NCBI GenBank assembly: GCA_964542585.1
Contig: CAZIUI010000011.1
Span: 5,831 to 69,830 of the forward strand
Direction: 5' to 3'
Origin: an uncultured Sphingobacteriales bacterium
GTDB taxonomy: Bacteria > Bacteroidota > Bacteroidia > CAILMK01 > CAYYUA01
Length of the DNA: 64,000 bases
Shown one piece after another: positions 9,658-20,300 of this stretch. The position numbers and the translations under genes were made by a program. The notes under the pieces were generated by a model, which did not search any database, was not told the origin of the DNA, and saw only the letters and a list, made by a program, of their open reading frames with translations. The first letter of the stretch is position 1. Each line of letters opens with the position of its first letter.

Positions 9658-10855
9658 AAGCGCTACGGTATTGCTTGGTTTTTTCAAAAATTGTGGAAAA
9701 TATGGATTGATCGGCTTCTGATAACGGCACTTCTCTTCGACTCATCATTAATTCAGCTATTTCCAAAGCCTTGGAAAGGCGATGGGTTTGAAGTCCTGAG
9801 GCACCGCCCCAGCTAAAAGAGGGGAGAAATATGCGGGGAAATCCAGCTCCGAAGATGTTACAGGCAACGCCTATGGTAGTGCCCGTATTAAGCATGGTAT
9901 TGATGCCTGTTTTTGTGTGATCTCCCATAAACAACCCACAAAATTGCTGGCCACTACTTTTGAAGCTTTCACGTTCATAATCCCAAACCTTAACAGGCTT
10001 GTAGTCAAGCTTTAGGTTAGAATTGTTGGTGGCCGCACCCAGGTTACACCATTCACCAATGACCGCATTCCCGAGGAAACCATCATGACTTTTATTGCTG
10101 TAGCCTTGAAAAACGCTGTTGCTAATCTCCCCAGCTACTTTGCAAAAAGGACCAATCGTAGATCCCTCATATAGTTTAGCTCCCATTTTTACGGTGGCAT
10201 TGTGGCCAATGGCTAAGGGGCCCCTTATGTGACTTCCCTCCATTATCTGTACATCATGACCAATGTAAACCGGGCCTTTTTGGGTATTGATAGTAGTACC
10301 TTCTACGGAAGCCCCCTCTTCAACAAATACCGGGTTGGTACCAAGCAATTGGTTGGTCTCAGTTAGCATGGCCGATGGTCGACCCTCCGTGATGAGCTCA
10401 AAATCATGCTGAATTTGGATAGGGTTGAAACCAAAAATATCCCATTTTCCCTCTAAGGTAAAAACCGACTTTTTATAAGACTTACGCTCGTATGTCTCCA
10501 TTAATGGGTATAAACCCTTTTCGTTAAGATCAGACGCTTGTACCACTCCAGCAATAGGAAAACCTTCCTGCTCAAGGATAAACCCGCTTTTTAGTTTCAA
10601 GACAGCCTTAGCAAGCTCCCGGGTAGGTAACACGCCGGCATTAACCACCAATGCCTCACCTTCATTCTCCGGCGATGGAAATTTTTGATTCAAATATGGC
10701 TGGGTATAATAGCAAGCATCATGATCCGTGTAGATCTCCCACTTTTCAGCCATGGTTAACAAGCCTACTCGAAGATCTCCTACTGGCCGGGTATAGGTAA
10801 GGGGTAGGTGATGGATCCAATAGTTGTGATCGTGCAGAATGAGTTGGCTTGGCAT
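9650..10855 (-). CDS. Nucleotidyltransferase-like protein with left-handed beta-helix (hexapeptide-repeat) domain, GlmU-like
   Basis: 401 aa; C-terminal half shows hexapeptide-repeat periodicity (IGHNATVKMGAKLYEGSTIGPFCKVAGEISNSVF...); N-terminal half resembles sugar-phosphate nucleotidyltransferase fold. Exact family not determinable by eye. Confidence 0.5.
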   Translation of the reverse strand: MPSQLILHDHNYWIHHLPLTYTRPVGDLRVGLLTMAEKWEIYTDHDACYYTQPYLNQKFPSPENEGEALVVNAGVLPTRELAKAVLKLKSGFILEQEGFPIAGVVQASDLNEKGLYPLMETYERKSYKKSVFTLEGKWDIFGFNPIQIQHDFELITEGRPSAMLTETNQLLGTNPVFVEEGASVEGTTINTQKGPVYIGHDVQIMEGSHIRGPLAIGHNATVKMGAKLYEGSTIGPFCKVAGEISNSVFQGYSNKSHDGFLGNAVIGEWCNLGAATNNSNLKLDYKPVKVWDYERESFKSSGQQFCGLFMGDHTKTGINTMLNTGTTIGVACNIFGAGFPRIFLPSFSWGGASGLQTHRLSKALEIAELMMSRREVPLSEADQSIFSTIFEKTKQYRSAYA

Positions 10856-10944
10856 GAACTACCGGGTGTTAATTTTCAACTTCAAATAGCAAAACTAATG
10901 AATCTCCTTTCGCACTTGTATGAAAGGAATTAGCAAAGGCTTTT

Positions 10945-13167
10945 TTAGGATGAGTCTTGGGAGGATTCAACAGGTTGGCTTTGATAAACCTGATTTGCGA
11001 AGTCTGCTAATAAATCACGTACTTCGCTGGAATAACGAAAGTTGTATGTGGCTGAAGATAGATCCCCAAGCCCTACTTTAATGGTGTAAGCCTGCTCGGG
11101 CATCACTTTAAAGGTTTCTTCATCGGTGGCATCATCTCCAACAGCTAGCATGAAGTCATAGTCCTCATTGAGCCAATTAGCAACGCCACGCCCTTTATTC
11201 ACACCAGCATTTTTGACTTCCAGGACTTTGTTGCCTTCCATCAGTTCCAGGTCTAAATCTTTTATTGCGGAATATAGCGCTTCATGGAGGTTGCGAAGCC
11301 GCAGCTCAGCCAACCATTTATCTGCTTTTCGGTAATTCCAGACGAGCGAGAACTCTTTTTCTTCAATGTAAGAACCCGGGGTTTTTACGGCATACTGCCT
11401 AAGCAAGTCATAGATATCGGCTTTCCATTCCTGATTCCGGGATTGTTCATTAATCCATCGTTCTTGGTCCTTTCGGATCCAGGCCCCATGCTCACCAACA
11501 ATATCTATAAATAATTCACCAAACCATTCTTCTAGGGTGTTGCGGTCTCGTCCGCTGGTTACCACGATTTTGTTGGAATAATCTTTGGAAAGGTAGTGTA
11601 ACTTGTTGATTAAATGGTTATCCGGGCGGGATTCCATAGGATTATCCTTAACCGGCATTAAAGTCCCATCCAGGTCTAATACGATAAGTCGTTTTTGGGA
11701 ATTGTGATAATGCTTGATAAGGTACTGTCGCGCTTCGAACCGTAGATACTTATCAAGTAAAGCTTCCTGATCTTTTTTGGCCTGATGCAAGCGGCTGATA
11801 AAGTCATAAGCCCAATTTTCAATGTCGTATCGTTTTACTTTGCGGCGCATAATGTGATTAGCTTCTTGTTGCTGGCTTTTGGGCATCTGGATAGCTTGTT
11901 CCATAGCGTTGGCCATCTGCTCCAGATCGTTGGGATTGATGATCATGGCCTCCGATAATTCAGAGGCTGCGCCGGCCATCTCACTTAAAATTAGAACACC
12001 ATTGCCATCATGCTTAGAGGCGATAAACTCCTTAGCTATAAGGTTCATCCCATCCCTGAATGGCGTTACCAAACCGATGTTAGCAATCCGGTAAAGGGAA
12101 AGCAGGCTTTCAAAATCCATTGAGCGGTAAAAGTAATGGATGGGCATCCAGTCCATGTCACCGTATTTCCCATTGATGTAGCCTACTAATTCATCAATCG
12201 TTTCTTTGAGTTCTTTATAATCTTCTACCAACTCCCGGGAAGGTACTACTATTAGTAGGAGGGTTACTTTCTCAATGTATTGGGGGTTTCTGGAAAGCAT
12301 GAGGTCAAATGCCCGCAGACGCTGCAGAATGCCTTTACTATAATCCAGGCGGTCAATACTCAGCATTAGATGTTGAGAGCGAAACTTATCCTGGTAATTG
12401 TCAGCTTTTTCTACCACCGATGGTTGTTGAACGCCCTGGTGAAATTTTTCAAAATCAATTCCCATTGGGAAAGCATCAATGGTAACCGGACGCTGGTCAT
12501 TGATGTAAAATTTCCCCAGTCTTTGATCAAGGCCTAGTAATTGGTAAACGGCGCTACTGAAGTGCCGCATGTAATCTGATGTGTGAAAACCCACCAGATC
12601 AGCCCCTAAAACTCCGCTAACCAACTCCTTACGCCAAGGTAAAAGGCGGTAAACTTCTGATGATGGAAATGGTATATGCAAAAAGAATCCAATGATAGCG
12701 TTAGGTAAAGCCTCCCGTACCAAAGAAGGTAACAAGAACAAATGATAATCCTGGATCCAGATGGTATCTCCTTCCTCATAATGTTGTAAAATGGCTTTAC
12801 AGAAAGCTTTGTTGACGGATTGGTAATATTGCCAAAAGGTTTGATTGTATTGCGTGTGCTCGATAAAGTAGTGAAATAAAGGCCAGATCGTTTCGTTACT
12901 GAATCCTTCGTAATAATTTTTGACTTCCGGCTCACTTAAAAAAACCGGGTGCATTTTGTAACCTTTCAAATCTTCTTGGATGCGTACCTTGTCATGATCC
13001 TCAGGTTCTTCAATACCCGGCCAGCCTATCCAAAATTGATCTGAAGGTTCCTCCATACTTGAAAGTCCAGTGGCTAATCCCCCTTCTGATGGCTTGTAGG
13101 ATAAACCATTTTTATCATGTTTTACCTTAAGAGGAAGGCGATTGGCCACCAGTATCAACTTTCCCAT
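10945..13167 (-). CDS. otsA: Bifunctional trehalose-6-phosphate synthase / trehalose-6-phosphate phosphatase (OtsA-OtsB fusion)
   Basis: N-terminal GT20 domain (LILVANRLP..., IWPLFHYF, GFFLHIPFPSSE) and C-terminal HAD phosphatase domain (LIVLDLDGTLMPV..., GDDATDEETF). Confidence 0.85.
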   Translation of the reverse strand: MGKLILVANRLPLKVKHDKNGLSYKPSEGGLATGLSSMEEPSDQFWIGWPGIEEPEDHDKVRIQEDLKGYKMHPVFLSEPEVKNYYEGFSNETIWPLFHYFIEHTQYNQTFWQYYQSVNKAFCKAILQHYEEGDTIWIQDYHLFLLPSLVREALPNAIIGFFLHIPFPSSEVYRLLPWRKELVSGVLGADLVGFHTSDYMRHFSSAVYQLLGLDQRLGKFYINDQRPVTIDAFPMGIDFEKFHQGVQQPSVVEKADNYQDKFRSQHLMLSIDRLDYSKGILQRLRAFDLMLSRNPQYIEKVTLLLIVVPSRELVEDYKELKETIDELVGYINGKYGDMDWMPIHYFYRSMDFESLLSLYRIANIGLVTPFRDGMNLIAKEFIASKHDGNGVLILSEMAGAASELSEAMIINPNDLEQMANAMEQAIQMPKSQQQEANHIMRRKVKRYDIENWAYDFISRLHQAKKDQEALLDKYLRFEARQYLIKHYHNSQKRLIVLDLDGTLMPVKDNPMESRPDNHLINKLHYLSKDYSNKIVVTSGRDRNTLEEWFGELFIDIVGEHGAWIRKDQERWINEQSRNQEWKADIYDLLRQYAVKTPGSYIEEKEFSLVWNYRKADKWLAELRLRNLHEALYSAIKDLDLELMEGNKVLEVKNAGVNKGRGVANWLNEDYDFMLAVGDDATDEETFKVMPEQAYTIKVGLGDLSSATYNFRYSSEVRDLLADFANQVYQSQPVESSQDSS

Positions 13168-13190
13168 ACCAAATGGTTTTTTTTAATGTT

Positions 13191-13198
13191 CAAAAATA
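13191..13198 (-). promoter_or_regulatory. Candidate Bacteroidetes -7 promoter element (TAnnTTTG, here TATTTTTG on minus strand) ~24 nt upstream of otsA-otsB start
   Basis: Plus-strand CAAAAATA at 13191-13198 = TATTTTTG on the minus strand; matches published Bacteroidetes sigma-A -7 consensus. Motif-only evidence. Confidence 0.25.
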
Positions 13199-13431
13199 TA
13201 GACACCTAATTTAGGAATTTTTTCTTTCATTAGTCTCCATATTTTATCAAGGCAAAAGTTATGCTTGATGAGGTATTTGTCAGTTATATGACTATTAAAT
13301 GGTAGAAAACGACTTTCTTACTTACGCAACCTATTGCTTTTCTTTGTATTTAGGTAATCGCTTGGTACTTAAACAATCAACCCTGTCAATTACCTTACCG
13401 GAATAGCTCTCGATCTAACCGAACATCTAAA

Positions 13432-14241
13432 ATGACCTTAAAAACTTCACAAAATCATAAACCTCAACACTTATCCGGCAGCCAATTAGCTCAACAACTA
13501 CCCAAACAAGGTCATCCCGTTGTATTTCTTGACTATGATGGAACGTTAACACCTATTGTCAACAACCCGGCTAAAGCCTTTTTGACTGAAGATATGAGGG
13601 CTCAAGTGAAAGCCGTTGCTCGTGAGTTGCCAGTTGTGATCATTAGTGGTCGTGAACGACAGGATGTTCAAAAGCTAGTGGGGCTTGAAGATGTCTTTTA
13701 TGCGGGTAGCCATGGTTATGATATCGCTGGGCCTGATGGCCTATGTCTGGAATTAGAAGAAGCCCAGGCTCTTATCCCGGAGTTGAAGTCGGTATACCAT
13801 ACCTTACTTCCTCAATTGGAAAACTTTTCTGGTATACAGCTGGAGTTAAAGCGTTACACGCTAGCTATTCACTATCGTCAAGCTCAAGAAGGAACAAAAG
13901 AATTGCTCTGGCGGAGAATTCATATTGTATTAGAGGATTTTCCGGCATTACAACTTAAAGAAGGTAAACAGGTTTATGAAATTCAACCTTCGCTAAACTG
14001 GGATAAAGGACAGGCCATGTTATGGCTCATGGATTATTTAGGAGAAGAGTCAATAAAGAACTACCCGCTATTTCTTGGAGATGATCTCACGGATGAAAAT
14101 GCTTTTTCACTTATAAAAGAGCCTGGAATGGGGGTGTTAGTGGGAGCGTTAGACCGCCCAACAGCGGCCAAATACTATTTAGAAAATGTAAAAGAGGTTC
14201 AATCCTTTTTAAAGCATCTACACAAAAAGTTTAAAAATTAA
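13432..14241 (+). CDS. otsB: Trehalose-6-phosphate phosphatase (standalone)
   Basis: HAD-IIB motifs: VVFLDYDGTLTPIV (motif I DxDGT), IISGRE (motif II), GDDLTDENAF (motif IV). Confidence 0.8.
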   Translation: MTLKTSQNHKPQHLSGSQLAQQLPKQGHPVVFLDYDGTLTPIVNNPAKAFLTEDMRAQVKAVARELPVVIISGRERQDVQKLVGLEDVFYAGSHGYDIAGPDGLCLELEEAQALIPELKSVYHTLLPQLENFSGIQLELKRYTLAIHYRQAQEGTKELLWRRIHIVLEDFPALQLKEGKQVYEIQPSLNWDKGQAMLWLMDYLGEESIKNYPLFLGDDLTDENAFSLIKEPGMGVLVGALDRPTAAKYYLENVKEVQSFLKHLHKKFKN

Positions 14242-14335
14242 AGATGGGTGATGCTTAAATTAATTGGTTTTTGAGAGCTTTTCTCTTTTTAAAATTTTAA
14301 CTTTAATGTTCATTTACCAAACAGTAAATGTTCCT

Positions 14336-17300
14336 ATGCTAAAATCGAGCGTTTTTGGAGTATTAAAGGAAATCATTTTTTGGTTAATATTTATTGGCCT
14401 AGTGATTCCAGAGTTTTGCATTGCTCAAAATTCCTGCACTCCAAAATTTACCTTAAGTACAAAAACAGTTTGCTCATCGGATACGCTAAGTATAACGAAT
14501 CAATCTACCGGTAGTAATTTAGCTTACAAATGGACTTTTAAGGACAATAATGGGAATAAAATAAAGACTCGCTCCAATAAAAGTCCCTCAGTAACCTTTA
14601 ATAATCCCGGTAGCTCGCAGCTTAATTACAGTGTTCAGCTAGTTATTACGAATGCTAGCGGATGCGATGATACCCTTACCAAAAACTTTACGTTAAAGCC
14701 GCAACCAACGGCCGTGTTCTCAATGGATTCAAGCCGGTTTTGCAAAAGTGGCACCGTAAATTTTACAGACGCCTCAAAAGGCAATGGTCTGAGTTACCAG
14801 TGGGATTTTGGAGTTGCTTCTAAAACTGGTGATACAGCCGTAGTAGCCAACCCCAGTTATAAATACAAGGATACCGGCGTTTATAAACCAACATTAACTG
14901 TTACAAACGGGCAGGGATGTGATGATCAAGCAACTAAGAAGGTTGTGGTAGGAAATCCTCCAGTGGCTGATTTTAAAGTCAGGAATAATTGTAAAAAACA
15001 ATCCACAAAATTTACTGATATAAGCCAGACCTTCTCTGATTCAGTAGCCAAATGGGATTGGGACTTTGGTGACAACTCCGGTTCTAGCCTTAAGAATCCA
15101 AATCATCAGTACAGTAGCAAAAGCACATTCAACGTTAGCCTTAAAATTACTTTAGCCGGTGGATGCGTTGATTCAACATCTGATAATGTCAAGATACATT
15201 CCACGCCATCAGCTAGTATAGGTGACACCGGTATTTGTGAGAATAACAACGTCAGTTTTACGGGTTCAAAACCATCTTCCGCTAGTAGTTTTAAGTGGAA
15301 ATTTGGCGATGGTAAAGTGGAGTCCAATAATATCAATCCTTTTCATGTTTATGCGCAAAGCGGCGCTTACCAGCCTTCGCTTGCCGTAACTTTTCCTGAT
15401 AATCGTACATGCGAGGTACCTACTGATTCCTTAGAAGTGTTTGGTAATTCTGCTATTAATGCGACCATAACCACCGCTGATACCCAGTGCAGCAAAGGAA
15501 ACCAGGTCTGTTTGGTCGATTCCACACCTGCATCAAGTAATGTTACTATTACGAATAGAACCGTCCTTTATGGGGATGGGGCCAAAAGCCAGGATTCCGG
15601 ATCAAATGTGCGGAAATTTTGCCACTCCTACAGCCAGTCCAATAACACTTATTCCGTTCAATTAACCGTTAAAAGTCAGTCTGGATGCAAGGCCAGTAAA
15701 AATTTTAATTCGGCGATTTTCGTAAGAAAACCATGGACAGCTAGTTTCTCCACGCAGTATCAAACCCAATGCTTTGGGACTCCCGTAACTTTTACCAACC
15801 AAACAGGCCTTGACAGTAGCAATGCTAGCAGTTTTAAGTGGGATTTTGATAATGGTGAGACCGATACAACACGGTGGACGGGCTTTACCAAAACTTACAA
15901 CAAAAACGGGGCTTTTTCCCCTTCTTTAACCGTTACCAGTAAATATGGCTGCACCCGGTCTTTTGAATTGTCTAAAGGGGCCGAAAATGTCTCATTTAAT
16001 TTCAATATTACCGCTTCAGCTGATACCCTGTGTTTCGGAGGTAAAAAACTTGAGCTTAGCCAACCTCCTATTAAGAATGCTAATTTTACATGGTTTTATG
16101 GAGATGGCGACAGCCAAAACCAGAATGTAACTGGATGGACCACAACTCATGAATATCCTAATCCAGGTCAGTATACCTACAAGCTAAAGGTCAGCAATGG
16201 CAATTGCGATTCTACATCACCCCTCGACACCGTTAATATTATTGGCGTTAACCCCAATTTCTCCATAAAAGATAGTTTTGAGTTTATGTGCGGGGTGCCA
16301 GACTCAGTTGTCTTTGTAGATTCCGCACTAAATCCTGAGCAATCCATACACTATGGCGTGCCAAATACCCAGAGGATTTGGGATTTTGGAGACACCCTTG
16401 CACCCTCCTGTACTACAAATACCGCTAAGGGTAAAAACGTCAATAAAAACTGCCGCTATTCCAGAGATTCGGTATCAGTTGCGCATAGTTATCCCAAAAA
16501 TCAACCGGATTGTTATGAGGCTACAATAACCTTTGATGACACCGTTTCCGGTTGCAAAAGTTCAAAGACCACCGAAATCGCCTTACAGAAACCGGAAGCA
16601 GGACCAGATTCCTCCCATAGCCCGCCCTTACCAGGTGCTAAATTTATTTCAGATAATGAATGCCTGGGACCTGAGAGTCGTAAATCAGTTGAGGTAAATC
16701 TTGATTCCATCCAGCCCCAATGTGGCCCGGAGAATTATTGGGTTATGTGGGATTCTACTTGTGCTGAAAAGAGTGGTAACTTTTCCGCCCAATGGGAGAA
16801 TGCTCCGGTCAGTCATACTTATGGTTATGATGATCAACCCTGTGAAAGTGACGGAACCCGAACCATAGGCCTCGTGGTCCAAAATGGAACGGACTCTAAC
16901 GGGAACTTGTGCAAAGATACGGCTTGGTATACTGATGAAATCCAACAAGCCAGTGTAGATCCGCGTATTACTTCTGATTTTAAACCCTCTGCGGATAGAT
17001 GCCCACCGGTCAATGTTACGTTCTCCCTCAAAGATTCACTCAACCAGGATAGCGTATCCTCTTATACATGGAAAATTGACGATGATACATTCGTTAGAAA
17101 CAATCCCTCGCCTATCAGTTATAAATTCAAAAAGCACAAGGAATACGAGGTTTCTGTTAAAATTCGCCAGTTCCGCCTGGAAGATAGCTGCATCGCAACA
17201 CCTACTAGTAGATCAGATGGCTTTATAGAACTAGGGGTTGGTTTTAGAGGAGGCTTTAGGGCAAAGAAAACGCGAGTTTGTAAGGGTGAATCCGTAACTC

Positions 17301-20300
17301 TTAGGGACAGTGTTAAATATTGGGATACGACCAGGATAAACAGCAATTTTACAATAGACTTCTGGGGTCAATCCAGTCGCAGGAATGCAGGAAAAGAAAC
17401 CCTTAAATGGGATTATGGTGATGGTCAAGGATTCAAGGGGCCATCCCACGATCCTGTAAATTCCTACGATACTATAGGAGAATATGACGTAAGCCTGGCG
17501 ATTAAGGACAGTTCCGGTTGCCGTGATACCATTACTAAAAAGGACTTAATTCGTGTATATGGCGTCAATGCGAGTTTTGGCAGCAAGCCGAGAGAACTAA
17601 TATGCACCCCGGATGCCCAGTTTTTTGATTCCAGCACCTTGGTTGATAGTGGCACTAGTTTTCCTGGTCATCCCAATGACACCGTGGTTAAATGGGAATG
17701 GCAATTTGGGGATGGTAAGCCTAAAAGCTTTGTTCGTAACCCTGCTCATAATTACACCACTAACGACACTTTTGACGTGAAGATGGAGGTTGAAAGTAAC
17801 CAAGGTTGTAAGGATTCAATTACCAAAGGATATACGATCCCAGGGCCTGCTCCAAGTTTTAGCATTGTTGGTGGGGATACATTAGGCTGTAAACCTCATA
17901 CTGCGTTGTTTAATAACAATTCTAAAAGTTCTACTTCCTACGTATGGGAGTTTGGAGATCCGAATAACAATGTGATCTCAACCCGTGCTGATACCAATGT
18001 AGATTTTACTTACAAAAAAGCTGGTGAATATGCCGTGTACCTTGTGGGTAGGGATAGTGTTACCAATCCTTTAACCAATACCAAGGAATTCTGCTCAGCT
18101 ACTTTCCCTGATACCACTTTACAGGACAAAAAAATTGTGAAAGTAAGAGGTCAACCTACCAGTTCCTTTACCGCTATTACCAGTTGTAATAAGCAAGTTA
18201 GCTTTCAAGAAGACGCTAAGTCAACTCCTACCTCATCCATAACTAAATACAAGTGGCAATTTGATACCCAGGGCTCCAGCACCCAAGCTGACACCAACTT
18301 TACTTTCTCAAAGCCTGGTAATTATACTGTAGACCTGATTGTCACCAACAAGGCAGGCTGTAAGGATACAGCAAGCCAGCAGGTAAGTATTCCTTTTATC
18401 CCAAATGCTAAATTTAAAGCCAAAAATGCCTGCGTTGGTCAAAGTATAAATTTCCAGGATCAATCAATGGTTAAAAAGGATTCCATCCAAAAATGGAAAT
18501 GGAAATTCGGTGATGGTGACACTAGCTCAGCTGAGAATCCCTCGCATTCTTACAGTATCGCGGGTAACTACACGGTTCAGCTAACTGTCACTTCCTTCAG
18601 CGGATGTAAGGACACTGTATCCCAAACCCTTAATATTCCAGGTAAACCCTCGGTAGCTTATACTATTAACCGAAAGTGCTCTAACCAAGATTTAAACCTT
18701 CAAAATAACACCACGAGCGATAGCGGGTCCTTAAGTTACCAATGGGAATTTGGAGATGGCACAACAGCTAGCACTGCTATGCCTAGTAAAACATACAGTA
18801 GCTCAGGGAATTATCAGGTAGAATTGGTAGCAGATGTGAAATACACCACCTTAACGTGTACGGACTCCCTTTCTAAAAACGTCACCATTGATCCCACGCC
18901 AAATTCCCAATACAGTGTAAGTAACACTTGCTTGAATAAAACTGTAAACTTCACTAATCAAAGTACTATTCCAAGTGGATCCATCAGTTCTTATCAGTGG
19001 TCATTTGATGATGGAGGTTCCAGCTCGCAAAAAAGCCCGGATTACCAGTATGCTAATGACGGGAGTTACAAACCTGAACTGATCGCAACTTCCGCAGAGG
19101 GATGTGAAGATACGGCTCAACAATCCCTGCAGGTTCACCCTGTGCCCCAAGCTAGTTTTACTGCTAATAATGCCTGTGAAAATGATACCATTAACCTGCA
19201 AAACAATACCACCCTTAAGCAGGGGACGCTAACTTATGATTGGGCTTTTGGGGATGGCACAACAAGTACCAAAACCAGCCCTGACAAAGCTTATAGCTCG
19301 GATGGCAATTATCAGATCGAGGAAATAGCCACTTCCGGCAAAGGTTGTAAGGATACTGCTAATCAATCAATTACGGTTAACCCACGTAGTAGTCCGTCTT
19401 TCAGCTTTTCTGATGATTGTGAAAAGGATACAGTGAGTTTTACCAATAATACCACAGGCCCTGGTGGGCTAAGCTATGATTGGGAATTTGGAGATGGCAG
19501 CAGCAGCACATCAGCAAACCCACAGAAAGTTTACAGTACCGATGGTAACTACCAGGTGAAGCTTATTAGTACAACACCTAGTAACTGTAAAGATAGTTTG
19601 ACCAAAACCATTGCTATATTTCCTAATCCTGATCCGGGTTACACGGTAACAAATAACTGTGTTGATGCTGCTGTCTCATTCCAAAATAACACAACAGTAG
19701 ACAGTGGAAGCCTATCTTACCAATGGCAATTTGGAGACGGTAATTCCAGTACCGTAGCTAATCCGTCTAATACCTATACCAGTTATAAGTTTTTCAACGT
19801 CTCGCTCACCGCTAATACAAATGAAGGGTGTTCAGCTGATACGACAGGTTCAATTCGGCCTTTCCCGCTTCCCACTGCAACTTATACCGTTCAGGATACT
19901 TGTGAGCAACAGCCGCATTTTTTCCAAAATAACAGCTCCATCGCAAATGGCAGTGTTAGTTATCAGTGGGATTTTGATGATGGAAGCCAGAGTACCAGTA
20001 CTAGCCCAATGCATCAATACGCTAGTCAGGGCACCTATCAACCTCAGTTGACTGCTACCAGTAATAAAGGGTGTATCGATTCTGTAACCCAATCAGTAGA
20101 GGCTTTTAATAAACCAATAGCCCAATTTGGGTTTACCAATAAATGTCAGCCTCAGGCTATCCCTTTCCGCGATCAGTCGGTAACTAGTTCCGGTAATGCT
20201 ATTCAGGCCTTTAATTGGGACTTTGGGGACGGGAACAGTAGTTCAAAGGAAAATCCCGACTATACTTACAATAAGTTTGGTACATACAATGTAACCTTAG

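Noticed and set aside
13743-13958. 71-aa ORF in alternate frame within otsB
   Set aside because: Embedded in a gene with intact HAD motifs; Ser/Arg-rich translation typical of off-frame artefact.
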